From Raillietiella orientalis (taxonomy: Eukaryota): DNA of 64,000 bases. Location of the stretch: positions 620,001-684,000 of the forward strand of contig JAYWIR010000030.1 in the NCBI GenBank assembly GCA_036172245.1, in the 5' to 3' direction. The notes beneath the pieces were generated by a model. It did no database searches. It was given only the letters and a program-made list of their open reading frames with translations, and had not been told where the DNA came from. The translations under genes were made by a program, and so were the position numbers. Positions 24,586 through 40,509 of the stretch are shown here, in pieces; the first letter of the stretch is position 1; every line of letters starts with the position of its first letter.

Positions 24586-26609
24586 TAATCCGAGGTTCAC
24601 ATTACGAATAAAATGACCTGTTAATTTATGATGCATGCTTTGGATTTTATTATGTTCTCTGTATTATTAAGTCCTGATTCTTCGTGGTTTTGCATCAGGT
24701 TTCACTCAATAATGTCAGCCTGATTGAAGGTAGCAAAGATTTATTAGGTTAATGGCAGGAGGATTGCACTAATAATGTATGCTAAAGAAAAACAAATGCC
24801 AAGTGCTCCAAATTCCAAAGCCATAAATGTACAAGCATGTGATGTTATAAATAGTAAAGGAGTCTGTTGTAAATCGTGTTTAAACAATACGCATAATATT
24901 GAATAAAATACGATAAATTTTTTGCAATAAATGCAGTGTTGGAAAAACACACAGATGGTGTATTTATTAAGTTTGTATAAACTAATAGTATTGATTGTAT
25001 CTTTGGTATATCGGGAGTTGAGGGAATATCAGCATGGTCCTCAGAGCCATTGTTAATTCAAGAGCAAATCGAGTAACATTTTTCCTATGACGTATGAACA
25101 AGTAATAGAAAATCGTTAGTATACTGAATTGAATCCTGTACTTAGATGAACCCTAATACCAACATTGTAATATTTGTATCGTGAAAATTTCATGCAGAAA
25201 TGTGCGACTCCTGAGTAATACATGGTACGTCCACAGATTTCATAGTTTTCTTTCTGACATTGTCATCGTTGATGGTTATGGGAAACCACCTCATGACTTG
25301 AGCACTGAAATTGATTTTAATTTACTAAAGGTAGCCGGTGCTTTATATCAGGGTTTCAACTGAACCATTTCACAGTGCTCGTGCTTGAAGTCCTGAACTT
25401 TCCAGACCATTTTGAGACTTACGACCATTAAATTCAGAGCACTTTGAAAGTTGGTTGTACAGACGATACACTCAGGAACGAAGCTGAAAAATCTGCATCT
25501 TTTCGAGGCACACATCAATCTGTGCATCCACACTTTTCGATTCAGTTTTGTTGGGAAACACTGCGTATCATGGGATTACAATGAAATGCAACATGCGAAG
25601 GTTATTTACCGGCAATTTTCTCTTTCTGGTGAAAGTGCTCCGCTTTAGAGATTTTGAATGTACCCCCATTAAAAGCGCTTCTCAATTCAAGTGTTTGCTT
25701 GTTACAGCATTTACAGTATACTTATTCCCCTTCCAATATCTAGCACAAGTTCCTCAATTCTTCAAATCAATACGTGTACTATACATGCAACACAAGCATG
25801 CACGTACATCTTGTTCCTGAATGAAAGCAAGATATCAACCGTTTTTTGGTACCGAATTTCAAAAAACTCTGCAGTTAACGTGGGTGACTGAACGCAACCG
25901 AATCAAAACTTTCGCCGAGTACAAAGTTTGAGGTTTGCATGAAAGCGGGACGCGCATTTGCATGCAGTCCGAGAACTTCCACAACATATTTTTAGTCATG
26001 AATCAAAGGTAGCATTTCAGGTCGTACGATGCACAAGCCGAAGGGGCAAACCATATTCTTAGACACACTGGAACCAAGTCAGGGTAAAGGGGAATACCTC
26101 CAATTCGCTAAGGAATCAACCCGATACTGCTTCCGAGCCGGTACCAAAATACACCTTTCTTAATATGCCATTCGCAATGTAAGATGCCACCATTCCCCGA
26201 CACCGAAAAAATTGACTAGTGTCTTGATGTACAGCTCCATATTAATCGTTTAACGTGGTATAGACCATGATTAAGTACACAACCCGGCATTAAATTGGGC
26301 TACGGTAAAACGATTACTGAGATTGAAATGCGCATACCAAGTCCGTTACACTGTGGTCTCCAAAGCTCTTGTGAATAATTTTTGTAGCAAGCAATATCAG
26401 TAATCAAATGTATTTAGGCCCATGAAATTTAACTGCAATAAATCGTCATACACAAATCTTTAGAAGTCTTCCCCGAATTTCCGACGAAATTCTTTGCGAT
26501 GACAGAAGTGTTGTAATACCCAGGATGGCAAAAACAAAAATATAAGAAAAGAACAAATGAAACTCTTTGCACGTATTAGCAATGTGCCAACGTACGCCCA
26601 AATATCTAG

Positions 26610-28254
<1,645 letters not shown>

Positions 28255-28373
28255 TCATTCAAACACTTTTACAAATTAAATTGAGCACTCCACTGATGAA
28301 GTGACTGTTGCAGGGATTCATGCACACTCACACTCTTACAATGGAAACCCGCAAAAATGAGGGCAATACTTAC

Positions 28374-28455
28374 AGCTAGCAGCGTTACACAACAGCTACC
28401 GCACACCGAAATCTTAATGGCGAAAGAGGAAGCAGTTCTTCCTAACGCATTTATA
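28374..28455 (-). promoter_or_regulatory. EEF1A core promoter: TATA box, polypyrimidine (TCT/5'TOP) initiator and non-coding first exon
   Basis: Minus-strand TATAAA at 28455-28450 and CTTCCTCTTTC at 28432-28422, ~25-30 nt downstream. Donor GTAAGT at 28373 and acceptor TTCAG ending at 28166 define a 208-bp 5'-UTR intron. Confidence 0.75.
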
Positions 28456-28717
28456 TGTAGCTAGCTATAGGAAAATGCTCGTGGAAAGTTCGGCTCTTCC
28501 CGGAATAGGGTACACTCCCTGTTCACAATCTATGTTTTGAAGTGTCACATCGTTAATTAGGCGAAAGAATTCGCTGATACTGCTTCAAAACCACGCAAAT
28601 ATTATTTGTGTTGTAACGCCAGCTTTTAGTTTGAATTTATTCGGCTAGGAAATTAATACCACCGAACGGAAGTGGTATCCACATAGTAAAGTAAAAGCTT
28701 ATGTCGTCACGGGCAGA

Positions 28718-29207
28718 ATGTTCGGATTTCTAATTAGAGCAGTAAGTGTTCGTTTTAATTTGTTCCCATATTCGTTTCTCCACAATGTAGAATGGGATTC
28801 ATCCCGGCAAGCGAGTGGGCTCGCTGCCCACCTATGCACAAATCTGTTGGAAATGGGCCAACAACAGAATGAAGAAGGACTTCCACAAGAGGATGCTGGT
28901 CAAAGAGTATGCTCCTGAGCGTTTGCGAATCAATGCGTTGAGGAAAAATAGAATCCTCCCGAAAGAATTACAGGTTAATGACGGCGGGAGGAAAAAAAAA
29001 ATTTGTTTTCTGAACGACGAACAGAACGAAGCAGATGCAGAAATAGCCGCGTTGCCCCACTATTCGACGAGGATATGTGTGGTCAACAGATGCTGCATGA
29101 CGTCCAGGCCTCGTGCCGTGCCCAGCGCGTGGAGAATCAGCCGGTTTGTATGGAGGCATTTAGCCGATTACAACAAAATGTCCGGGGTTCAAAGAGCAAT
29201 GTGGTGA
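28718..29207 (+). CDS. MRPS14: Mitochondrial ribosomal protein S14 (uS14m), 3 exons
   Basis: Exons 28718-28741, 28791-28973, 29025-29207. EYAPERLRINALRKN.ILPKELQ, ADAEIAALP, NRC.MTSRPR, WRISRFVWRHLADYNKMSGVQRAMW. Confidence 0.95.
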
Positions 29208-32200
29208 AGCCCGGCACTTGGTTAAATACATGTTAGGCCTTTGGCAACTTTTTTTTATTTTTACAAAAAAGGGGATTGTCGTAAGCTAAAGGTCTCGTGT
29301 TCTTTCCGGTCAAACACCGACGGGAAGCGAGTGGATTTCAAGGCGCCAAGTATGTCATGGAAGCTGAACTGGTCTGTGGAGTGGGTGTGGACTGTCTTCA
29401 AGGATGTATCCCGTAATACGAAATGCCCGTCTCGAAATTCTTATCTGTTAACTTCGTACAATACCGCAGTAACTGGCGCATCACGTGAAGTGTACTGTAT
29501 TCCATAATGTACGGAAGTCGATTTGGCATTTGCTGTTACGAGGGGGTGCGGTGAATTTTAGCTTGTATGCGCTAGTGGACAAAAATGAATGCAGCATGGC
29601 CTTTAATTTTCAATAATGGTTCCATAATTTTTCGTTGTGCAATTTGTTTTACTTATGGTTTTTGATTTTCGTTCCACTATACGGCAAAATTAGTTCGAAA
29701 GCATGATGATCCACAAATTACGTTTGTTTGTTGTATTTAGTTTATTTAATGAGTAGTTTCTGCACAATATCCTTATGCATAGACCCTGAAATTCATGGAT
29801 GTGTAGAAAAGTTCCATTCAGGTCACTGTGCAGAATACCGTGTAATCCGAATACTTACGTTACAATGTACATTTTAATAGTTTTTACTGTATCCACACTT
29901 GTCGACAAAAGACACATCAGGAGGCTATTTTTAGCAACTGCATAAGGTGCATTGCAAAACTGCTGGATTGTCAGCAAAATAGCATGAGAATACACTGTTT
30001 ATCAGGGTGGTTTCTGTATAAAACTGTTAAACTTATCAATTCTTATTCTGACTAATGTGTACAGTTCATAATGTGTAACAACATGTAACAACGATGTAAC
30101 AGCAGCCTTTAGTTAGTGAAATCAAACTGGCTGCATCAAGTCCCTTTGCTACTGTTCAAGCTTTGCTTTTAAAAGTTCCAATCATGCCCCAAAATTTGAT
30201 GGGCACTGTCATTTCTTGGTTAAGAACAATTTATTTCTGTATCTTGCAAAAAGAAATTGGTAATTTCGACATTTAATCAAACAGAAATATGGGAACAATG
30301 TTTCGTTTGTGGCAAAAAAGTTTTGCTTCTTCATGACATACAACACATATTTGATTTCTGATTGCCATGAATGTAAACATGCAGTTAGGTAAACTTAATA
30401 AACATTCATTTGCAATAAGCAAGTTTAATTGTGAAGTTCATGTAACAAACACATGTTTGTTATGTTACCTTATTCTACTTCCTTTTTATCTTTGAAAACT
30501 TACCTATTTGATCAACATGTTTTACTATTTCAGTATGGGTCAATTAATTTTTAAAGATCAGATTTGGCATCAATCATGTCACTGAATTTTCAACTGTGAA
30601 AGAAGACCTCAATTTCTGTATCTTGACTTTATACTATCATTTACTGTAAACACAATGAAAAGGTGCTTGCTGCCCACTACACTCCTGTTTTCATGCTATG
30701 GGTATCTATTGATCATTTGTGCTTGATCTGCTTTTTGCTATCTATATCTAAAGTCCAGTTGACTAGAAATTTCTGCCTGTTAATGTAAACATATTCATAC
30801 TAAGTGTATCATTACTGATGTCACAGTTCCTTTTATGAATTCTCACAGGAACCATTGAGTAATGTGTGTAATTGCAAGTTATCCAAGGGCACCCCCAGAT
30901 GCACTTGTTTTCTTAATGTAAGAGTCCAACAGTTGATATGTAAAAGTATTATAAGAAAATAGAGATGTGATTGCCCAGTTTTAAACCTTCTTTTCCATTC
31001 CAACTGTTTTCCTAGAAGCAGGGTTCAGAATCCTCCAAAGAATAATAGCATTTGTTGCAGTTGTGAATTTGAGGGGTCATGACATCCATCCAACCCTAAG
31101 TAGCATACTAAGAAAAGATTCTATCATTAAGCATTTTGCACATACCAAAAGTGTTGGCATCCCATAAGTGTTCATTTTATTCATTCTCAAAAGAGATTTT
31201 TACAAGTACCATTTTATCAAACAGGTGAGAAGCTAGAAAAGATGGGTTGAAGTGGAAATTCAAGCTTATATTTAAAATATATTAAATTAAGGAGAATGCA
31301 ATCTGCATCCATGCATTTCTATCTGTGATTGCTTTTTCTGGATTCATTACAGGGCCATCTACAAATTCCTTGAGCTTAACAAGTGTGTAATCCAATTATT
31401 ACTATTCAATCCAAATGCAAATAATTACTGTTCTAATGAGTGTAATAAACGTATAGTTTTAAAAGCTTCCTTTTTAAAGTGGACTAGTAGTTGCAAATAG
31501 GATCTACAAACTGTGTGTATGGAATTTAAAAAAATTTTTTATAGCACTGATATTTTTGTGAGGTTCTTAAGAAAAAATACCCACCCAGGTAGTTGGGATA
31601 GCTGTAGTCAAGATAACATAAACTTCAGCCTGTTTCCTAGAGGGAGCACACAAAAACTTGTGTTTGCCACTGGCATTTGTCACAACTTTCTCTTCATGTC
31701 AGTTGATAAAGTTATTGGGCTATAGTTGACACAGAAGTAATGACAGAGTAGTTGATGAAATCTAGAAAGTCCCACATGATGAATAAACAACCCAGCACTA
31801 TTTATTGAAGTCCCTGCTCCAACTTAGCAATGAGAAATTCCATTTAATCTCTTCAGTGTTTTACAATTAAAGAAACACATAAAGATAATAAGTGTGTTGG
31901 TTGAAAATATTTGAGATGAATGAAAAACAGCATGCTGGGGTCTGCATCTTGTGAAAAACTGCCAATGTTGAAAACTACTACTACAGTGCTCATGAGCAAT
32001 TTTTTGTAGTTCCAATTTTTGTAATCTTAGTTTTACCAATCGACTGGATGCCATAACTTATGAAAAAGAGCTTACTCAGCTTCCATTTTTTCGTGGTAAA
32101 AGATTTTAATGGCAGATTGAAAGTTGGCCCATATGTTGTAAAGTCAGGAATTTGCAGCAGTTGTTGATATTTCTAAAACATTTCTAGCAACTTTTCCAGG

Positions 32201-35200
32201 AAAGGTCTCCCGAGCTTTCATCATACGAAAGACATTATTATCAGGCCTAGACAAGTATCTATAGTCTTTTTGAAAATATTCATTGCTGTTCTTCAATCTC
32301 TATCTTTACTTTGTTCCTACAAAGATTTTGAGCTCATCGGTTAGATTCTTAAGGATTTTGCTTCTGGAATTATTGTTAAGTAGATTTGTTAGATTATTCC
32401 TATACAGAAACACTGATGATCTTTGCTGGTGCTATTTACATATTTACATTCTCAAAAACCTATATAAAGAATACTTCATATCACATACAATACTTTTCAA
32501 ACGTTTGTGAACAGAAATTGGCTTTACTCTCTTTAAGGGAATATTTGATTTTCAGTTTATAAGAAACCTAGGATTTCCTAGTAAAATGCATATCGAATAA
32601 TGTAACTGTTCACACTTTACAATTCACAAAACCTATCCATAACAGTGACCAAGTATACTGTTATGAATATGTGCATATCATAAAATACTGTTGTCAGAAG
32701 TTGGTGTAATTGTTTCAAGAGCAAGGACTTTTCGATGAAGTGTTGTACGAAAAAGCATGAATTGAAAAGATGTAGAAAAAAATTAGAGTTGAAAATTGGG
32801 TTTTTTTTTCGTATTTTTTCTTAGAGTGAATCGAATGGAATGTAATAAATTTCCATTACCTATTTAATAGATTGTTGCAATTTTTTTAATGTATCTTTTT
32901 TGTTGGCAATCCTGATACGAGCACGTGACTTTAAGGCAGTTTCCGTTTTCTTGTCACATTTGTTGAGTCCGTATCTTGGCCCGTATTCCTATTATTCCAT
33001 TACTAAATTTGCATTATCGTAGTATTCCTTATCAAACATACGTTAATATAATGGGAATATTGTTGATGCCACTGTTTATTCAAACTGAATTTTTCTGTCA
33101 TTTTTTTTAAATTACTAAATGTTCACTATTTGCCCTTGTTGCACAAACAGTAAATAAAATATTTAATTACAATTAGTAAAGTATTTCATTGTGAGAATCA
33201 TATTTTAATTAAATTGAGGCTGTTGATACTTCTTTCAAGAAAGAAAGGACATTTCTCGAATGTGGGTGCATGGATGTCATTTTGAACCCAAAAGTAAAGA
33301 CAAGGGTTTCTTCATTTCTCGGAAACGAAAGCACTGTTGCAGAAAGTTCCACTTTTGCAACTTCGAAATAGATTCCATTGAATATTTAAGTTATAGGAAG
33401 TAAAAAGTTTCACGGCTATCAGAAAAATGGAAGAAAAATTTTTTTCAGGACACGAAGTAAGGCAAAAGAACAAATAATCTCCGCATAAGAGAGAAATGCT
33501 CAATTTCCAGGAACCGGACGATTATCATGGCATAACCGCCTGTGCTCAGTGTATTCCACAGCATTGATAGCCCATTCGAATGTGCATGAGAAATAGTTCT
33601 TTTGACAACACGGACGTGCCACACAAGTTAGAGGGGGGGACACAAACATAGGACGGATCGTGTTCACAGCGTGGAATTGCTAACGTGGAACCTTCCACGG
33701 GGGACACTTCCTGGTGGTTCCTGTAGTTCCGTTTACTCCCCGAACAGTTCTTCCGCTTACGAGGATCACGGCGCAGAATGGCTGCAGGGCATGGAGCCTT
33801 CCGGAATATTCGGAACCCAATCCCGTTGAAGTGAATTCTCGGAAACGATCTACGTTTATAAGATCAACGTACATACAGATATGCGCTTTCAGTCCTTTTC
33901 ATCAACGAAGTGCAAATGCCGAATGTTTACTGAAATGCATTTTTCTAGGAAAATTTTTTCGAATATTGTAACCAAGAACGTTTCAATGTTTTGTTAGTCT
34001 GCAATGCAGAGTTTTTTTTTTTTTTTTTTACTGCAAGTCACGATTACTAAATGATGAGCAGGTTTATTAAATCATGGAATGATTAGCTATGGAGCTTTTA
34101 AGTATTTCATCTTTTATTTTCCCGAAAACTCAGCAAGCATATTTTCAGAACTGCAAGCATTCATTCCAAACACAAATTAAAAAATCATTTGAAACTTGAA
34201 AATTTTCTGTTTTCCTCTAGGAAACATTGCGAAAATCATGAGAAATCGGTATGCAAAATGCAATTAACGTAATATTTCCAAGTTTTACCAGAATCAAAAA
34301 GTTGCTGTTGGATAAATGACTATAATTTCTTTTTATTATTTAATTTAATTTTATTGGATTCAGAAGAGAAATGCAAAAGTTATGGGTAAAAGGCGAACAA
34401 TTCACAGAAGAGATCTTTCGATTAAATTCATCTTTTTATAGCTGGAACCAGAGTGAACCTCAATAGATAAGAGAACCAGTTAACAGAAAAGCTAAATTGA
34501 AAAACATGGGTGATGCTAACGTTAAGATTAACGCAAAAAAATAATAAATGAATGAAAAACACTAGTCTTTTTTGCACAAGAACTTTAATTCATGAAGTGC
34601 TCTCAACGTTGGAAGCTTTTCAAGGAAGGAAAGGAAGAGGTTGAGGAAGAGGAAGCGGTTGCGTCGGGAAAATTCGTTTTGCGAGCACTTTAAGCTGTTA
34701 ATTACAGAGTTGTGGGTGTGGTGAAAAAAAAAAGTTTCTGTGAAATCAACCGGTTGCCATTACTGAATGATAATGATTATTAACATCCGAAGATTTTTGG
34801 AACGAGTCGCCTAACGAAAATTGTGATCACAATTAATGCCACATCTAAGTAATCTCGCTCTTTTTTTTTTCTTTTTTTTTCTAGCCAACTCTTGCAGATT
34901 TAAGAGAATTTTTTTATCAGAGCAGTTCCTGGTCTTCAGGCACACAATTTATTGTATGCACGAATTTCCCAACCCAACAACTTTACATAATGCTTGTTTG
35001 TATCACAGCTTACTACTCACTCCTCTGTGCAGAACAGTAATAATCGTAGTTAAGGAATTAAGTGTGACTTCTGTTTAATTAACGTGCCCTTGCTGTGTAA
35101 TTGAAAACACGTTTGGGGTTGGTTTCATTTGTGTGAAGGTGGGAATCTCATGGTAGCGCTCCAAGGAAGGCGAGCGATTCGTTGCAGGTGCACCAGGGAG

Positions 35201-35220
35201 TGAGTTCATGCATAGGCAAA

Positions 35221-37218
35221 ATGGATGAAACACTGACTGTAAGTGAAGGAAAGGCAAAAATAGTGTTCCGAGATTATTACGGTGTTTTCTATAATCCAGT
35301 TCAAGAATTCAACAGAGATCTCAGGTACATGGTATAACTGTAGAAAATTCATTTGAGAAACCCTAAAATGCTTTTGCAACTATAGCATTGCCGTGCTGCA
35401 GACTTACTTAGATGAGGCTGCAGAAGAAGCCTCACAAAAAAAAAGCGAAAAGGTAGGTAATACATTTGAAAAATAATTGAACTGCTTTGCCAGAAAACCA
35501 CATATATCCTGGAAAGCCTAGCCGCCTCAGGTCTTCGAGCCATACGATATGCGTTGGAAATATCGGGATCAATCAGAATTTTGGCAAATGATATTTCGTT
35601 TCAAGCATTTGAAACAATCGCCAAAAATGTTGAGATCAATAATGTTGGAGATATAGTGGAACCAAAGCATAGCGATTGCAGGTTTCTTTAGCATCCCATG
35701 ATGTGAATACAGGAATCTAAAAAAGGTTTTTTGTATTTTGACCAGGTTCTTAATGTACAAATGTCAAAACGAGAAGCGAAAATTTGACGTAATTGATGTT
35801 GATCCATATGGGTGCCCAATTCCATTCTTGGATGCAGCAGTTCAGAGCATTAATGATGGTGGTTTGCTTATGGTTACATGCACTGATATGGCAGTCTTAT
35901 GTGGTAATCATCCAGAAACATGCCATGCAAAGTATGGATCTGTGTCGCTTAGATCAAAAGCATGCCATGAAATGGTATATGGTTGTTTCTAAGTAAAATC
36001 AATAACTATGTAATTTCAGAATTTTAAAATTGTATAATTTTGGATGTAGTTTTCTAGCTGTTCAAACTAAATCATGATCTAAACCGAATAATATGCTTTA
36101 ATATAGATTCGGAAAGAGTCTTAGTGTTGGACTGAATATATGATCGAAAATTATTTCTTTAAGGCCCTGCGTATTATTTTGCGAAGTTTGGAGTCACATG
36201 CAAATCGTTACAGCAAGCACATTGAGCCTCTTCTATCAGTTAGTGTTGATTTCTATTGCCGGGTTTTTGTGAAGGTGTTTACCAGCCCCTCCCAAGTAAA
36301 GTTTTCTTGCAAGTATGGAGTAATTGAGTTTATTTCTATGTTCACATTGACATAGTAAACTGGCTTCAGTTTATAAGTGTTCTTCATGTGAAAGCTTTTA
36401 TTTCCGTCCATTAGCCATTGTTATTCATCAAGAAAATGGGAGCATTAAGCACACACCAGGAAAAGGATTAGGTGAATCACAATGCCCTATTTGTGGATCA
36501 AATTTTCAAGTATTTGGCAAATTTTCTTTACAATTTTTTGATCATGAATCATTACAAGGTTGGAGGTCCTATCTGGAGATATCCTATGAATGACATCAAC
36601 TTTGTAAATAAGTTGCTTGATCATTTACATGCCAACCCAAATAAATATTCTACTTCCCGAAGAATGGAAGGTATTCTCACATTAATACAAAATGAATTGC
36701 AAGATAGTCCTCTCTTCTATGAGATTAATCATCTAAGTTCATTTCTTAAATGTGCACCACCTAGTCAATTGGCACTCAGGTTGATACTTTTCCATTAATC
36801 TTTGATTACAAAAATGTTGCAGATCAGCCATTCTGAATGCTGGCTATAAAGTGAGTGCTTCTCATTGCTGCAGAAATTCTATAAAGACAAATGCATCTCC
36901 TACATTTATATGGGATGCTATGAAAACATGGCTATTGAACAATCCTTCTGGAAACAGCCACCAGTCTTCTGAATTACTAGCAAGAGTGTTGTCCAAGGAA
37001 ATCACATCACCAGTCTCATTTGAAGCGCATGAAGGAGCAGTATGTCAGATGAAAGAGCGTGGTATTTTGCGGTATCAGTTAAACCCACGTAAAGATTGGG
37101 GTCCAGGAGTTCGATCCTTAATCAGGTCATTTCCTAAAAAGTGTTAGTGTTTCATATTTTCTATAGGCAGAATTGCACAGATTCGCCAAATGAACTCAAA
37201 AAGCAGAAAACAACGTGA
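35221..37218 (+). CDS. TRMT1: tRNA (guanine26-N2,N2)-dimethyltransferase, 9 exons
   Basis: Exons 35221-35324, 35386-35452, 35494-35681, 35746-35974, 36164-36312, 36356-36509, 36559-36779, 36823-37125, 37167-37218. [63 protein letters not shown]. An additional upstream exon is possible. Confidence 0.95.
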
Positions 37219-38949
37219 GATTTACAGATTGCAGAAAAGTAGTTTACAAGATCATGCATGGTGTGATCCCAAAGTAGTTCATCTCTTCTAATAAGCAAAG
37301 TGACAAATTGCAAATGTCACTAACTTGAGTTCAAGATTGTTGCATGTAAACTTACAGCGTAAGTTGATAAGCAATAGGCATTTTGAAGCTGAAAGTATCT
37401 GTTTGCTTGTCTGCTCATAGTATAACAATACATTGGTTGTTTATGATCCCAAATGAGAAAAAATTTTCCGTTTGTAAAGAGCACTTGTTTTGCAGTTGTG
37501 CTTATGAAGAGATGATGACGAAAAACATTACGAGTAAGGTTTTAATGCAGAACTTGTACGTTTGAACAGAATCCAATTGATGAATCGACGACCAAGTGCC
37601 AAAAATATTTGGTTGAGAGTATGCACGCAGTGCCTCCCTGTAGCCGAAATAGAATTGTGAAGTGCAAAGCGTCTCAAATCGCGAACCTATCAAAGTTGAA
37701 TTTCCCACTACCGTACCCACGAGTGTTGCCTATTTCATCCAAATGTGATTTGAGCCGCACTGGTTGGAGTGGAGCTTGCATACTCTGAGTGGAACAATGC
37801 TGGATCAGAGTAGATGACAACGCAAGTATAAAAATGTTCCAACAGCCCGTGTAACCAAAGCTTATCGGAGTTTTCAATTTGGTGACTAACCATGCACCCA
37901 CGTTTTTTTTTTATGAAGGATTATATAAATTCAGACATTAGATCAAATGGATTTCAAATACACTTAGTAAAGAAACATCACGTAGAACAGTCAACTCACT
38001 ATAGAGACCTTTTGTTTTCTCGTGTAGTCGCTGATGGGAAAACACAAACATGCAAAATTGAAGTAGGCGATTAGCAATCAGGAAGGGAGCATTCTGTGGT
38101 TATGGTTTTGAGAATCTTAGGTACCAGTGGAATCGGGTAAAGTCTACAATAGAATGATTCTCCACCTTCAATGGTTACAGTGATTTATCACCTACAAAGG
38201 TGATTCGCTACGTGTGTGTATGGGTTTGTGTAATGTATGCATTGCATATCAGTGGAACAATTGCACATATACAACATGCTTCGTTTTGCTAGGTTTTTTT
38301 TTTTTTGGTTGAGATTTCCAAGAACATTGAAAGAATCTTGTCAACTACTTTGTAGTATCTGCTTGCAAGTAGGTCCATCCCCGATCGCTCCCTGTTATTG
38401 GGGGCATCTTGGTTTGTTTCTTTTCCTCTGCTTAGTACTGTGCCTGAAATCAGTGAGTGCTCTCCAGATCTGTAACGCGTGTAGGAGAGGCAGGTGAACC
38501 TAACTGAGGGCTTCCTTCCATCCCGATGGTGCGTGTATGCAAAGCGATAGCGACGCTACAGTTGAGTCGCAGAGCGTCGGAGCTTGGGTTGCTTGGCAGC
38601 CGATGGGCTTTAAGCTCTCCCTCAGCTTCACGCTGGCATGCCGAAATCTCCATTGACAAAGGCGCGAATCTTCGGTACTCTCTGCAGTCCAACAAGCAAT
38701 GGCGTACTTCGAGAACAGCTTTTCAGAACAGTACAGTACGGAACAGTGCATGATCAAATGTCTCACAACGTAAGCACTGTAGTCTAAATGCCATTTAACA
38801 GTTGCACTATTTACAGCACGTTTATTGAATTGTGGAAAATATGGTTCCTATGTGCGTATGCACTTTTAAGTCTTGTGGGTCACATGGCCCTTTATTCTTT
38901 GGCCATAAAGTAGCTGCATTTTATGGGAAATTCCAACCGTTGCAAACCT

Positions 38950-40200
38950 TTCGCTACGCCTTATCTTCATCCATGGCCTTTGTTGGGTACATGCACCCTT
39001 CTGTTGCCCGTGGCATGGGAAGAAAAGGATCTCCCCAGCCAGTTTTTCGGAAAGCTCCTTGCTTTGGGGAATAATTTCAGTCGGCTGATGTGTAACATTG
39101 CGTTTTCTTGAACACCTAGGATGTATGCGTCCAATGGCTGACTTTTCAGGTTAAAAAAGCTTAAACTACTGTCTCTCGAATTGTTGATCAACAGATTTTG
39201 TTTGGTTTTCTGCTTTATCGGATACAAGGTCTCCAAGGAGAATCTCTGGAAGCAAAATGCGGTTCCACGCGGAGTTCTTTTCTTTCAAGGATCAGTCTTA
39301 CGGACTGTATTTGATCGCTTCTTTGAGCTTCTTGAGGGTTCTTTCCAACATGCTGGCTTCGAAAAGGCGTCTCCAATCTGATTTGCAAGGCAGTTCGTTG
39401 TTCTAGCACTCGGAATTCTTTCACTGCAAATTGCTAATGTTAATCTATATGGTTAAGTTTTTGATTTTGCTATTGTGAGGCTCAGTCACTCCTTTGGCGA
39501 GCAAATGATATCCAAGAAAGTATGCTGATCTGATTGTTCTGCTATAGTACAGTCCATCATTTCATCCTGCTTACGAAGATGAGATGAGCTGTTGTTCAGT
39601 CTTGCTGAGATGTTTTCCCCAGAAATGGTTGGATGATGTTTAGTAGTCGAAAACTATTTCTTCCTAAGTGGGACGGGTTAAGACTACGTGCGGGATGTAG
39701 AAAATAATGGAAGCAATGCTCTTCTTCACAGGTTTCCCAATTTCTCCTTATACGCGGTTACACTAGTAGCTCCTTTAGTAGTAATATCAGAGTCTCAAGA
39801 GCGAAACACCTTGGATGTTCATATTTTAGCACGCTTGCATCTTTAAGCTTCTGTCGCCGTACTGCATGTTACAGAATTGATTGGCAGTGTGTTTCAAAAT
39901 GTCCCAGCCGTATTACTCCGGATCATCTCGAGGTGGAAGGAGGGAAGTGCTCATCAGCACGTCCGTACCATCAGTTTTCATCTATGATGGATCACCGCAG
40001 CAAAAGATGATCTGGGAGAAGTCTCTGGAATATAATGAAAGCCCTGCAGACGTTGCCGACTCCTTTCTGAGCAGGATATGGTCAATCGGGTTTTCCCTTG
40101 CAGTCAGCTATTCCAATCTGAGACAGGCAGTTGTCCATACGCAGCCACCTCTCCGGTATTCCTGACCTTCCTAACATTAATCTAAATCTTCAGATCTACC
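38950..40200 (-). mobile_element. Decayed Ty3/gypsy-like pol remnant
   Basis: FLGYHLLAKGV at ~39.5 kb (compare RT motif FLG.IIS..GI) and LHISRLK in ORF 38967..39236 (compare integrase C-terminal HVSRLK). It may extend toward ~43.4 kb; no LTR pair was found. Confidence 0.4.
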
Positions 40201-40509
40201 ATAATAACAAAAATTACTTAGGAGGAATCTCCTTAGAGTTACCTTGCATCGTTCTTCATTCTGGTGGAATCCTGACTTCTGGTGATTCGTCCTTCCTAAG
40301 CGGAAAGTCCGACGAGGACTGCGATTCATTTCCTTTGCTCGTTCTTACAACTTGAGCTTCCAATTCTTCTCGAGTCTCTTACCCAATGGCTCATCACTTA
40401 AATCACCTATTTACACCTAGTTACGCTGCGGCATTTGCTTTAAAATCATATGTACAAACAGTCATACAAAAAATGGTTTTCCACTCACAGTCCGAGTCAG
40501 CTGCAAGAT

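Noticed and set aside
29703..29789. C/D box snoRNA candidate (ATGATGA...CTGA)
   Set aside because: Weak terminal stem, no rRNA-complementary guide I could recognise, and such boxes are frequent by chance in AT-rich DNA.
32144..32225. Minus-strand C/D box snoRNA candidate
   Set aside because: Boxes are present but there is no terminal stem, and the guide does not match rRNA as I recall it.
38351..38361. TGTAGTATCTG match to the U2 snRNA branch-recognition region
   Set aside because: Only 11 nt; the flanks do not match U2.
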